Source: a virus. Taken from it: a stretch of DNA of 64,000 bases. Location: the IMG/VR virus record IMGVR_UViG_3300045988_131044, positions 19,100 through 83,099 of that record; one strand, written 5' to 3'. Of this stretch, positions 8,700-18,905 are shown piece after piece (position 1 is the first letter of the stretch; the number at the start of each line of letters is the position of its first letter). The notes under the pieces are model-generated. The model was not told the origin of the DNA, did no database searches, and was given only the letters and a program-made list of their open reading frames with translations. The position numbers and the translations under genes were made by a program.

Positions 8700-9920
8700 A
8701 TGGTGTATGTACAAGACATAGATGGTAAACCTCTGATGCCAACAACAAGACATGGAAAGGTTAGGAGACTGCTCAAATCAAACAAAGCAGTCGTTGTAAA
8801 CCTATGTCCGTTTACCATCCGATTGACGTACATATCCGATAGTTACAAACAAGAAATTGTATTAGGCGTTGATGCTGGAACCAAACATGTTGGTCTATCA
8901 GCAACGACGAAAAGCAAAGAACTTTACAGCAGTGAAGTAATTCTTAGAAATGATATCGTAGATCTTTTGTCTACCAGAAGAGAGCTACGGAAAGCAAGAC
9001 GGAACAGGTTAAGATATAGAAAACCTCGTTTTGATAACAGAGTAAAAAGCAAGCGTCCAGGATGGATAGCACCTTCGGTGAAATACAAAGTAGACGCCCA
9101 TATTTGCGTTATTAACAATGTTTGCTCTATACTACCAATATCTCGTATTGTTATTGAAGTAGCTCAATTCGATACTCAAAAGATTAAGAATCCTGAGATA
9201 TCAGGTAAAGAATACCAGGAAGGTGATCAACTTGAGTTTTGGAACACAAGGGAGTATGTTTTAGCAAGAGATGGTCATAAATGCCAGTATTGTAAAGGCA
9301 AGTCAAAAGATTCTATACTGAATGTTCATCATATTGAGTCTCGAAAAACCGGAGGGGATTCCCCTTCTAATCTTATAACTTTATGTGAAACATGTCACAA
9401 AGAATACCATAAAGGTAATATAGATTTAAAGATCAGAAGAGGCAAGTCGCTTCGCGACGCAGCCGTAATGGGAATTATGAAATGGAGGTTGTATGAAGAG
9501 TTAAAATCCAGATACGACAGAGTTTTTATGACGTTTGGTTACATTACGAAACATAATCGGATTAAATATGGGATTGAAAAATCCCATACATCCGACGCGT
9601 TTGTCATTTCTAAGAATATTAATGCGAAACGAATCGAACGTCAATATTTAAAACGTTTAATTCGTAGACATAATAGACAAATACATAAAATGAAAATTTT
9701 AAAAGGGGGGAAGAAGAAAAACAATCAAGCTCCTTTTGAGGTTTTCGGTTTTAGGTTGTTTGATAGAGTGTTGTATAACAATAAAATATTCTTTGTTTAT
9801 GGAAGGAGAAAATCAGGGAGTTTCAATATCAGGGATTTCAACGGAGAAAATTCAAAAGATGTTTCACGCAAAAAGTTTAAACTCATTAGAGGGAAGAGGC
9901 ATCCGATTATATTAAAGTAA
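8700..9920 (+). CDS. iscB: IscB RNA-guided HNH/RuvC endonuclease (RRXRR/HNH family)
   Basis: N-terminal PLMP motif, RuvC-I LGVDAGTKHVGLS, Arg-rich bridge RRELRKARRNRLRYRKPRF, RuvC-II IEVAQFD, HNH CQYC...NVHHI...LCETCHKEYH, RuvC-III HTSDAF. Confidence 0.85.
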   Translation: MVYVQDIDGKPLMPTTRHGKVRRLLKSNKAVVVNLCPFTIRLTYISDSYKQEIVLGVDAGTKHVGLSATTKSKELYSSEVILRNDIVDLLSTRRELRKARRNRLRYRKPRFDNRVKSKRPGWIAPSVKYKVDAHICVINNVCSILPISRIVIEVAQFDTQKIKNPEISGKEYQEGDQLEFWNTREYVLARDGHKCQYCKGKSKDSILNVHHIESRKTGGDSPSNLITLCETCHKEYHKGNIDLKIRRGKSLRDAAVMGIMKWRLYEELKSRYDRVFMTFGYITKHNRIKYGIEKSHTSDAFVISKNINAKRIERQYLKRLIRRHNRQIHKMKILKGGKKKNNQAPFEVFGFRLFDRVLYNNKIFFVYGRRKSGSFNIRDFNGENSKDVSRKKFKLIRGKRHPIILK

Positions 9921-9957
9921 ATGAACGGATTTAATAAATTTAATAGAAAAACGTATC

Positions 9958-10263
9958 ATGTATAATAAAGAAATAGTAATATGCGCGGCCATCTGGGTGC
10001 AGGACGGCAAGAAGCGTCCTCATCAGCCCACCAATATACCATCCGGCGCCGTGTTCTGTGGATTGAGACATTGTTCTATCATTTCTCAGTTTGCAGCTTA
10101 TGGTATTGCTCATAAGAACCGTAGTATTCAAGGATTTTTGACAAGCAAGAACCGGTTTCTAACAAGAGAGGAAGCGTCTGAACTTGTTAGAAACAATAAT
10201 CAGGAGATGGTGGTAGATAGGAATGCCATTAGAGAACAATTGTATTCAGAAGATTTATATTAA
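9958..10263 (+). CDS. hypothetical protein (101 aa) between iscB and tnpB; not a TnpA (no HuH motif)
   Basis: ATG ORF. Confidence 0.4.
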   Translation: MYNKEIVICAAIWVQDGKKRPHQPTNIPSGAVFCGLRHCSIISQFAAYGIAHKNRSIQGFLTSKNRFLTREEASELVRNNNQEMVVDRNAIREQLYSEDLY

Positions 10264-10345
10264 CTAAAAACAAAATAATATGGGATTTATAATTATTTAA
10301 CCAACAAAACCACCATACCTTAGCAAGTGGATGAATTGGGTTGAT

Positions 10346-10353
10346 TAATTTTG
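10346..10353 (+). promoter_or_regulatory. Bacteroidota-type -7 element TAATTTTG upstream of tnpB
   Basis: TAnnTTTG 24 nt before ATG 10377. Confidence 0.35.
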
Positions 10354-10376
10354 AATCAAAATTACAGATAAAAAAA

Positions 10377-11516
10377 ATGATTTCATACAAATACAACATC
10401 TATCATTCGAAGAAAACGAAGTATCTTGACAAGATGCTTCGTGAATGTTGTTTTGTATGGAATCATGCGTTAGCTCTACAACGTAGGTATCACAAACTGT
10501 TTGGAAAATATATTTCAGTCGGTAAGATGAAGAAACATTTTGCCAAGAGGATTAGGAGAAACTTGCTTCATTCTCAAACAACACAAGAGATACTTGAACG
10601 TCTTGATGAATCTTATAATCGTTTCTTTAAGAAGTTGGCTAAACGACCTCCTAAGTTCAAAAGAGCTTCTTGTTTTAACTCTTTTGTTTTCAAACAAGGA
10701 GGGTTTACCCTAAATGGTAATTGTCTAACAATTAACAAAGGAAAGAAACGATTTAAGTTTTCATACAGTAGATCTTATGAAGGTAATGTTAAACAAATTA
10801 GAATAGTTAGAGAAACCTGTTCCCGTTTTAGTTTGATTATAGTTACAGACTATAATCCTTCAAACTCTTATAGAAAGACACATGATGGTGCATCTATCGG
10901 ATTGGATTTTGGGCTGAAAACTTATCTGACTAAAAGCGATGGTAGCAAAATCGATTCTCCATTATTCTTCAAACAATATCAAAACAAGATTAGAAAACTA
11001 AGTAAGAAATTTTCTAATGCAAAGAAAGGATCTAATAATAGGAGAAGGAGACTGTTTGAACTCCAACAAACGTATCGTAAAATAAACAATCTTCGATCAG
11101 ATTTTCAATGGGGATTAGCACACCAGTTATGCAAACAGTATGATTATATTTTTATTGAAGATCTAAACATTGAAGGAATGAAACGTTTGTGGGGAAAGAA
11201 AGTTTCCGATCTTAGTCACTCTTCTTTTATTGACAAACTTACGTATGTTGCTTTAAAATATGGAGTGATAGTACACAAGATTGACAAATGGTATCCTTCT
11301 TCCAAAACTTGCGAATGTGGCTGCATTAATAAAGGTCTGTCGTTACGCGACCGCACGTGGGTGTGCCCGTCGTGCGGTGCAGTTAACGACCGTGATGTTC
11401 TTGCAGCCCGTAATATACTTCGGAAGGGCATTTCCGAATTGGAGAGTATGGGTAATTCCAGCGGTAGAAATACCGGGGTTTCATGCGTTTGTATCCAAGA
11501 ATCCCATTCGCTTTAG
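10377..11516 (+). CDS. tnpB: TnpB RNA-guided endonuclease (IS605 OrfB family, canonical with zinc finger)
   Basis: RuvC-I IGLDFGLKT, RuvC-II IFIEDLNI, ZnF CECGC...CPSCG, RuvC-III DRDVLAARNI; ORF 10341 begins with TTG, first ATG 10377. Confidence 0.85.
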   Translation: MISYKYNIYHSKKTKYLDKMLRECCFVWNHALALQRRYHKLFGKYISVGKMKKHFAKRIRRNLLHSQTTQEILERLDESYNRFFKKLAKRPPKFKRASCFNSFVFKQGGFTLNGNCLTINKGKKRFKFSYSRSYEGNVKQIRIVRETCSRFSLIIVTDYNPSNSYRKTHDGASIGLDFGLKTYLTKSDGSKIDSPLFFKQYQNKIRKLSKKFSNAKKGSNNRRRRLFELQQTYRKINNLRSDFQWGLAHQLCKQYDYIFIEDLNIEGMKRLWGKKVSDLSHSSFIDKLTYVALKYGVIVHKIDKWYPSSKTCECGCINKGLSLRDRTWVCPSCGAVNDRDVLAARNILRKGISELESMGNSSGRNTGVSCVCIQESHSL

Positions 11517-11540
11517 CGATGGGAGTATGTCAAACTGGTA
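11380..11540 (+). ncRNA. candidate TnpB omegaRNA (reRNA) scaffold overlapping 3' end of tnpB
   Basis: hairpin tcccat(t)cgc-ttta-gcgatggga straddles the tag stop (11496..11521), as in characterised TnpB systems; inferred, not verified. Confidence 0.3.
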
Positions 11541-11667
11541 ATTGCATAATTTAATTGAACGCAAATCCAAAGGACCCAAGTGAATCTTTTTTTGACGTAT
11601 ATGATAGAGATGAGATGAAATTAATATATGGAATAAAAATTAGTATCTTGAAAGAAATGTTTATCAT

Positions 11668-11988
11668 ATGATTACCAAGCAGGACATACAAACAGCAGTA
11701 TCGTATATTTTCCAAAGCAGTTTTGTCTCGGAAGACCAGGCAAGGAAAGTAATGGTAAGAGCCGGTAATAACGCTACCAAGAACCTTGTCAAGACCTTCA
11801 GAGGAAAGTTGTTCAAGAAGGCTTTTGGAAGAGCTCGTAGAGGAAAGGATATCAGTTCTTTTGAAAGACAAGAAAAAGAAAGTGGTTTTAATTTTCTTTA
11901 TAATCCTAATAATGGTCGTATGCGAAGCGGTCATATTATAATAGACGGAATTGGTCTGTTTAAACAAATAATAGAGTCGGGTACGTAA
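11668..11988 (+). CDS. hypothetical basic protein (106 aa)
   Basis: ATG ORF. Confidence 0.45.
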   Translation: MITKQDIQTAVSYIFQSSFVSEDQARKVMVRAGNNATKNLVKTFRGKLFKKAFGRARRGKDISSFERQEKESGFNFLYNPNNGRMRSGHIIIDGIGLFKQIIESGT

Positions 11989-12017
11989 GTTATCCGACTT
12001 TTTTATATATTTGTGGC

Positions 12018-12341
12018 ATGGCAAGAGGTTATTATTGGATACCACAAACAGATGAAACGTTAAATGGCAGAAGCTATTACGTAACTAAGGTAGTAGGAGA
12101 TATAGTGTTTGATACTAAACGAAAAAGAATAGTGTTTCAAACTACCAGGTATTTCCCAGTAGGCTCCGTATTCCATTTTACTCACAACTGTTTTAAATAC
12201 GTCATAACCTGCCGACTTCGTAAGCCTGGGCTGTGGTATGAGGCAAGGAGGGAAGACTGCGGACCTATTGGACCGGATGATGTGGAAAGGTTCGAATCAG
12301 GAAGGTTTATTCATAGAAATGGGTACAAATACAATGCATAA
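12018..12341 (+). CDS. hypothetical protein (107 aa)
   Basis: ATG ORF, terminators downstream. Confidence 0.45.
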   Translation: MARGYYWIPQTDETLNGRSYYVTKVVGDIVFDTKRKRIVFQTTRYFPVGSVFHFTHNCFKYVITCRLRKPGLWYEARREDCGPIGPDDVERFESGRFIHRNGYKYNA

Positions 12342-12390
12342 GCGTAACTTGACGATTTGCGTCAGATTATAATTTTTTTTCATATTATTT

Positions 12391-12431
12391 TTAAGCCATC
12401 AGACTGAGAAGTTAGATGGCTTAATTTTTTA
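12391..12431 (+). terminator. Rho-independent terminator (ttaagccatc-14nt-gatggcttaa + TTTTTT)
   Basis: 10-bp perfect stem + T-run. Confidence 0.65.
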
Positions 12432-12451
12432 TGATATGCTTGATTTTTAGC

Positions 12452-12459
12452 TACCTTTG
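12452..12459 (+). promoter_or_regulatory. Bacteroidota-type -7 element TACCTTTG for the giant gene
   Basis: TAnnTTTG 23 nt before ATG 12483. Confidence 0.4.
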
Positions 12460-12482
12460 TCTCATAACAAAAATGTTTTATC

Positions 12483-15400
12483 ATGGTATCAACGTGTATT
12501 ATTAAAAGAGATAATAAAAAGAAAGTTGTTTCTGTCTCTACCAGATCAGGGGACAGGTCTATGTTATTCGATAAGATAGCATCTATTCCTCTTATGGAAA
12601 ATAGGGAACGGGCTACTACTGTTTTTAAAACCGTATTTTCTAATAAGTTCTTAAAGGCTTTTGGTGACTGGAGAAGGAATGTGCCTATCAACAAACAGGC
12701 TTACAATAAGGTAAAATTCAATATCGACCTTATTCCAGAGACCTATAGAGAAAGGGTGCTGGATAAGGCTTCTAAGATGAGCAACCCTATTCTTGTGTCG
12801 AAATCAGATGCGCCTTATGGGATTCAAGAATCAGGCTTTGGATTCTACAGCCAAGATCTAGGTGATAATATTATGTTGGTGGATGCTATGGTTCCGTCAG
12901 GTATTTCCGTACCGGAAGGACCGGGAATAGACGCCGGCCAGTATCTGCAAGATGCTATATCTTCAGACTTCACTCCCGTATCTATGGTACAGGATAAGGG
13001 TGTTGATTATATGGTCATAAAAGACGGTCTTAAGATATTTAGCCCAGAAGAGCTACCAGAGGCAGATTCTAATCCTGTGGGTGTAACGTATCAGACTGGA
13101 GAGCCTCGTTTGTTTTTCATGAACGATCGTAATCAATTATTTGAAGATTACGGAGAAGCTCTTCGCTCTGGCGGGAATGATATTAGAATAGGATTCTTAT
13201 CCGGCACCGTTCAAGAATCTGCCTGGGATGGCGTGGCAGACATTACTTACAAAGCTGGAAAGTATGTTCTTAATAATCCCAAATCTTTTATACCGGTCAT
13301 GACCGCTTCCGCTTCTACTTCTTTATCAACAAAAGGCGGTATAATAAACTACCTTATAAAGAAAGGTCTTTTGTCAGGATCCAAGATATTCGATCCGGAA
13401 ACAAGAAGCTATTATCTTACAGGAGAAGGACATGCAGGACAAATTAGACTTTTCAATTCAGCCTTAGCTTATACCGATCTCCGTAATCATTTTGGTTCTG
13501 ATGTTTCCATGAACGACCAGGGTATGATAACCATAAATTCATTGGATAATAGTAAGGTAACTATGAGACTCGCCACCGGAGGAACGGAAAGGGTTAGCAG
13601 GGGGCAGATAAAGAACGATCTCAAGTCAGGAAGATACAATGAATTGGACGCCAAGTACGATCATTTTGATGCGCTTGTAGTTTCATTCATATTAGAAGAC
13701 AACGATCTTTATGCTGATACTAAAGCTAAGATCGTATCGGATTATAGCCAAGAGGAACGTAATCAACGAAATTCTATTGTTGAGATACTGAAAACGCTGG
13801 GCGTTAGTGTCGTTGGCATGACCGATTATATAGAGAAGTACCAAACTAAATACGGACACGAACCTTCTGCTAAGGCATTGGCGGATATTGCCAATAACGT
13901 AATAGCAGTCGGTGAAGATGCTACTTTGTCTGACTTAGTAGAAGAAACAGCCCACTTTCTTGTAGAGGCGTACAGAGATCAGAATGCTGTTGAGGCTGTT
14001 CTGCAAAATGTAGAAGGCACTGAAGAATGGAATCAGTATGCAGGTCAGTATTATAATACATACGGTAAGGTATATGAAGGAGCTGAGCTTGATAATGCTG
14101 TTAGGAGAGAAATTCTTGGAAAGATCCTCGCCAGGGAGATACAGACCGGCACAGCACAGGCGCCGGTAGAGCCCACCTCCTTCCTGGGGCGCGTCCGGCA
14201 GCTTCTCTCTGGAATTGTAAACTGGCTTAAATCAGCTTTATCAACCCAAAGACAGGATTTGAATAACGTTATTAAAAATATTCGTGATCTTGCTATTACC
14301 GACATAGATAAAGGATTTGATACTTCTCTTTTGAAGGATAATGACTTTACATTATACTCCCTTTCTTCTATGAACAAGAACAAGTTTCTTGAGTCTAAGA
14401 TCCGGGCATTGAGAAAAACGTTAAGAGACTTACGTCAGATAAGCTCTGATAGGGCTGTAACTACGTCTATGACCCTTGCCCAGCTTAAGACCATAGAAGA
14501 TAAGATAAATAAGGTAGAGACCGAAATAGACAAGAATGAGATGGCGGCCGCCATGAACAGCATGATCTCCACAGCCGAAGCTCAGGTTAGATACTTAAGC
14601 AACGTAGTAAATACTATCCTTCATGGTGATACCAAAGACGGTAAGCTTCATTTCAATACCAATGATCGAAAGAACGTAGATATTATCAACAATCAGGTTC
14701 TTCCGATCATGAACGATCTTCGAGGATATATCCGTAACAGAAGTACCGAATTTGATGAGCGTGAAAAGCAGGATTATACAAATAGGATCAATACCGTCAT
14801 TGCCGACATCAACGGTATTCAGTCTGATATTAAATCAGTACAAGATCTTGATGAAAGTACGTTGCTTGACAAGTTAATGAACGAACTTCATGTGCCGGCA
14901 GATAAGGTAAAGAGAGTAAAAGAGTTCTTTGATAAGGTTCAACATGATGTGTCCTGGATAAGTAGGTGGTTTGGTATATTAGAACATTCCTCCAGCCCAT
15001 TTAATAACGCTCTTGGAGCTATGATTGCCAAAGACAATTACAATGCGATGGTGAATGCCCAGCCCGCTATATCCGATTTTCTGGCATATGCGAAAAAGCA
15101 TGGTTTTAACAAATCTGAATTTGAAAAACTGCTTCAGAAAGTAGACGGCAAAACTTCTAATTACCTTCGTAGTGCCCTTGATATGGCTAAATACGATCGT
15201 AATAAGAAGCTGGCGCAGATGCGAGCGTTTGCGACCGCCATGAACATAGAGATATCAGAAGAAGAAATCAATGATGTGGTTGACAATAACCGTAATTACG
15301 TATTTAAAAGAGAAGTAGTTGACAAGGACGGAAATACGGTTACTGAGAACGCTAAATTTAAACCGTCGTCCGATAGGGTTAATACCGATATTTTTACCAT

Positions 15401-18400
15401 CGAGCAGGAAAAGATTTATACAGAACAGATGGAGAAGTGGGATGCTGAAAATTCAGAACTGGAATTTAGTGAAAGTTATGCCACAAGAATGGAATCCATA
15501 TACAAAAAGGCCGAAGAAGAATTAGGGCATCCGGTTTCTCAAACAACCAAAGAATACCTTAACGCTCTTTCTCGGCAGAAGCGGATATTGAGGCAGCCTT
15601 TTATTGATAGCAATGGTAATTTTGATGAGGTTGCTTACTATAAGAGTAGTAACTACGAAGAAGAAGGACTGCTTCGTAAACAACGTAAGGAAGCAGCTTC
15701 AGAATACATATATGTAGGAACCAGGAGAGTGGAAAAAACCGGCGACCAACTTAAGATGGCCAAAGAAATACAAGCTATAAATGAAGTTTGGAGAAAGGAA
15801 TCAAATAATGTCACTAATGTCGTATCAGAATCGTTTTTGCAAAAATTGAGAACGATTCAGAACGAGTCAGGAGGAGAAGCTGCGCTGAAGACACTTATGT
15901 TGGGAGGTCACCTGTCATTTAATGATCGGTTTTGGAATGATGTAGAATCGGAACAGTCGGCGCGCACCGAATCAAACAACAAGGCTTCGTATCTTAAAAT
16001 GGCGCATGATATCATTAGCTCTACGACAAGTGATAGAGATGCGACTGACGTGGATTCGATTGTGAAAGATATAGAAAAAAATAAGGCCATTATCAAGGAA
16101 ATAATCGGAAACAACCGAGATGTGGCTGATATCGGAGAAATTAACGAAGCGACATTTACCTCATCTGAAAGAGATGCTTTTAGGGCCGCATCTGAAGCTA
16201 TTGAAGCCGATTACGCTATTTTGATAGATTATGCTAAGATGGTGGGTCTTGAAGATATTGATAAGTACCTTACTAAAAGCAGTAAGGCTGAAAACGAAGT
16301 AAATCAGTCTTATTTAAATGCTCTTGCTGACTCCAAGGAAGTGGAATGGAAGTTTGTGCAACGTCATACTACGGCAAAGAAAGCAAAAAGGATTCAGGCT
16401 TTAAGGGATAAGCTGTTTAAAGCTGCTGATAACCGATATCTGTTTACCGTATCTGAAACCAACTACCTGTCAGAAAAGCTTGGAATAAGCAAAGAATTAG
16501 ACGGTAGAGATTTTAGGAATGCTGTCAATGCTAAGATGGCCAGCTTATTTTTAAATAACACAAGAGAATCAGGTATAGAAGAAGCTAATGCGATCGTTAA
16601 TGAATTTGCCAGGAGCCAGGTCTTTTCGTACTATAAACGCATGGCACCTACCGGATATGCGGCTATGATTGGTAAAATAGGCCGCGGTGAGATAGATGTG
16701 GCGCAGATGGTTAAAGACGTACAGAACAGTACATCCACCCAAGATTATGGCATGGACATATCATACCTGTCTTTCGACCCTGCAAGGGCATGGGTGGCTG
16801 AATCTGAAGCCGAAAATAGCGGTCGTAACCCTGATTATGTAAAAGATCATGGGTATGGTCATCGTATGCCCAAGAAAAGCCTGTATCGTGATGAATCGTA
16901 TTTCAATGACTTTGGTATCAAGTATGATGCTGACGGTAATGAGGTTGCTACTAAAAACGTAGAGCAATGGAATATGATTCAAAAACTTAAGGAAATAAAA
17001 AGACAATCCCTTTCCTTATACAAAGAGCAGAGCCCGAACCTGTATGCTATTCCACAGATATCCAAACAAGATATAGAACGTGTAGAAGGATTGGGTATTA
17101 ACTTCAAAAATACGGTTCGTAATTTTGTATCAGATCTCTGCCTGGATAGAGTAGACGATTCTCTATACGGTAAAACCAGACAAGGGGAAGTATATGATCC
17201 GGAAGATAGGCTTAGGTCTATACCTAAATACTACATATATGAATTGGAGAACCAAGATGATGTATCTCACGATTTTGGTTACTCTTATTCGATGCTTATG
17301 ATGCAATCATCGTTATACAACGAAAAGCAGAAGTCTATAGAGCTCGCTCAAGGACTGGAGCAGATGTTACTGAATAAGCAATTTGAAGGCGGGAAGAAAG
17401 CTGAAGCAACCCAAGCATATCAGATGTTCAGGGACTTCTTCAATGACCATTATTATGGCATTAGGATGAACACCAAAAAACTTACGGTGAACATCGGAGG
17501 ATATACGGTAGACCTTACCAGGATAATGATGGCCGTTGAAAGGTTTATGTCGGTTATGAACCTGGCGCTGTCCCCGTTTGTGGCAGCTACCGGCGCCTTA
17601 ACAGGTCATATCAACCTCATCATGGAATCTGCCGTAGGACAGTATATAAGCAAAGACTCCCTTAAATACGCATCGGCTGAGTTTTCACGTCTTGCGCCAT
17701 CTTGTATAGCAGAAACCGGAGACATAGATAGAAAAAGCAAATTATATGTCATAGGTGAGAGAATGGGGATATTCAATATCCGAAATCGTATGTATGGTGC
17801 CGGATACAATAGAGTAGCCAGGACCTTAATGCGTTCACCTATGTATGCTTTTATGGAAATCCTGAACTACCCTCTTGATCCGCAGGTTATGATTGCTGCT
17901 ATGGACAATGTTCGTTATTACAAAGGCCGGTTCTATACGTTCCAAGATTTCAAGATGGAAAAAGAACGCAATAAAGAACAGAGTACCATAAAAAGAGAAT
18001 GGAATGCATTAAAAGATCGTACTTTATGGAGTATGGTAGACGTCGTGGATGGGAAGGTGGTTGTAAAGCCCGGATCAGGTGTTACTGTTGAGGAAGTTGA
18101 AACCCAGATGGCTATAACCAGAAATCAAGTCCGTAGCTTGTCGCAGATATGTAACGGATCTTTGAATGAAGAAAACCGAACTGCCGCATCGCGCAACTGG
18201 ATAGCCAGGTTCATGACCGCCCACCGAGGATGGTTGGTGCTGGCGGCTCAACGCCTGTGGAAAAGACGTGGCTTCAATTTCCAAACAATGCAAGAAGAGG
18301 AAGGGTTGTCAATTACGTTAAAGAATATGATAGCCAAAACATTTAGCCTGGCTTCCGAGTCTGGTATGAAAAACATCATAGATGCCTGGAACGAAAATAA

Positions 18401-18905
18401 AGACAATATGAATGAGGTAGAAAAAACCAATCTCAAACGTCTCAGTGTCTATGCCGGCACGTTCCTTATCATGCAAGCCGTATCTATGCTTCTTGCCGGA
18501 TGGCGTGATGATGATGAAAACGAAGAAAGTTGGCTTACTCAATTTGGATCCTATGTCGGATTCAGAACCATAAACGAAATAGCTTCACAGATGCCGTTTA
18601 TTATGGAGCTTAACGTGGTAGATATCATTAACGATCCGTTTGTTATGGGGCGAAAACTGAAGGATCTTACTGATCTTAGGAATTATTCACTTGATAAAGT
18701 AACATCCGGTACATACAAGGGAGAGTCTAAGTTATTTAGGCAACTCGCCAAACAGACGTTTATCAAACAATGGTATAATATCAAGACGCCGGAAGACGTA
18801 GCGCGCGCCTATAATTGGTGGCAGCAGACGAACAACAAGTCAATGATGTTCTTCATCGGCGCCACTCCTGATTCGGAAGGTGATGAGGATACAAGCTACA
18901 AATAG
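12483..18905 (+). CDS. giant 2140-aa virion-associated protein (possible ejection/tape-measure-like protein)
   Basis: 6.4-kb ORF, ATG, promoter motif upstream, strong terminator downstream; coiled-coil stretches, one C-terminal hydrophobic segment; no RNAP DxDGD-type motif seen. Confidence 0.7.
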   Translation: MVSTCIIKRDNKKKVVSVSTRSGDRSMLFDKIASIPLMENRERATTVFKTVFSNKFLKAFGDWRRNVPINKQAYNKVKFNIDLIPETYRERVLDKASKMSNPILVSKSDAPYGIQESGFGFYSQDLGDNIMLVDAMVPSGISVPEGPGIDAGQYLQDAISSDFTPVSMVQDKGVDYMVIKDGLKIFSPEELPEADSNPVGVTYQTGEPRLFFMNDRNQLFEDYGEALRSGGNDIRIGFLSGTVQESAWDGVADITYKAGKYVLNNPKSFIPVMTASASTSLSTKGGIINYLIKKGLLSGSKIFDPETRSYYLTGEGHAGQIRLFNSALAYTDLRNHFGSDVSMNDQGMITINSLDNSKVTMRLATGGTERVSRGQIKNDLKSGRYNELDAKYDHFDALVVSFILEDNDLYADTKAKIVSDYSQEERNQRNSIVEILKTLGVSVVGMTDYIEKYQTKYGHEPSAKALADIANNVIAVGEDATLSDLVEETAHFLVEAYRDQNAVEAVLQNVEGTEEWNQYAGQYYNTYGKVYEGAELDNAVRREILGKILAREIQTGTAQAPVEPTSFLGRVRQLLSGIVNWLKSALSTQRQDLNNVIKNIRDLAITDIDKGFDTSLLKDNDFTLYSLSSMNKNKFLESKIRALRKTLRDLRQISSDRAVTTSMTLAQLKTIEDKINKVETEIDKNEMAAAMNSMISTAEAQVRYLSNVVNTILHGDTKDGKLHFNTNDRKNVDIINNQVLPIMNDLRGYIRNRSTEFDEREKQDYTNRINTVIADINGIQSDIKSVQDLDESTLLDKLMNELHVPADKVKRVKEFFDKVQHDVSWISRWFGILEHSSSPFNNALGAMIAKDNYNAMVNAQPAISDFLAYAKKHGFNKSEFEKLLQKVDGKTSNYLRSALDMAKYDRNKKLAQMRAFATAMNIEISEEEINDVVDNNRNYVFKREVVDKDGNTVTENAKFKPSSDRVNTDIFTIEQEKIYTEQMEKWDAENSELEFSESYATRMESIYKKAEEELGHPVSQTTKEYLNALSRQKRILRQPFIDSNGNFDEVAYYKSSNYEEEGLLRKQRKEAASEYIYVGTRRVEKTGDQLKMAKEIQAINEVWRKESNNVTNVVSESFLQKLRTIQNESGGEAALKTLMLGGHLSFNDRFWNDVESEQSARTESNNKASYLKMAHDIISSTTSDRDATDVDSIVKDIEKNKAIIKEIIGNNRDVADIGEINEATFTSSERDAFRAASEAIEADYAILIDYAKMVGLEDIDKYLTKSSKAENEVNQSYLNALADSKEVEWKFVQRHTTAKKAKRIQALRDKLFKAADNRYLFTVSETNYLSEKLGISKELDGRDFRNAVNAKMASLFLNNTRESGIEEANAIVNEFARSQVFSYYKRMAPTGYAAMIGKIGRGEIDVAQMVKDVQNSTSTQDYGMDISYLSFDPARAWVAESEAENSGRNPDYVKDHGYGHRMPKKSLYRDESYFNDFGIKYDADGNEVATKNVEQWNMIQKLKEIKRQSLSLYKEQSPNLYAIPQISKQDIERVEGLGINFKNTVRNFVSDLCLDRVDDSLYGKTRQGEVYDPEDRLRSIPKYYIYELENQDDVSHDFGYSYSMLMMQSSLYNEKQKSIELAQGLEQMLLNKQFEGGKKAEATQAYQMFRDFFNDHYYGIRMNTKKLTVNIGGYTVDLTRIMMAVERFMSVMNLALSPFVAATGALTGHINLIMESAVGQYISKDSLKYASAEFSRLAPSCIAETGDIDRKSKLYVIGERMGIFNIRNRMYGAGYNRVARTLMRSPMYAFMEILNYPLDPQVMIAAMDNVRYYKGRFYTFQDFKMEKERNKEQSTIKREWNALKDRTLWSMVDVVDGKVVVKPGSGVTVEEVETQMAITRNQVRSLSQICNGSLNEENRTAASRNWIARFMTAHRGWLVLAAQRLWKRRGFNFQTMQEEEGLSITLKNMIAKTFSLASESGMKNIIDAWNENKDNMNEVEKTNLKRLSVYAGTFLIMQAVSMLLAGWRDDDENEESWLTQFGSYVGFRTINEIASQMPFIMELNVVDIINDPFVMGRKLKDLTDLRNYSLDKVTSGTYKGESKLFRQLAKQTFIKQWYNIKTPEDVARAYNWWQQTNNKSMMFFIGATPDSEGDEDTSYK

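Noticed and set aside
9958-10263. TnpA (IS200 HuH transposase) between iscB and tnpB
   Set aside because: No HuH (H-x-H) or catalytic Tyr motif; sequence does not resemble Y1 transposases.
12483-18905. Virion-packaged RNA polymerase of crAss-like phages
   Set aside because: No DxDGD-like double-psi beta-barrel catalytic motif found by eye; left as unknown giant protein.
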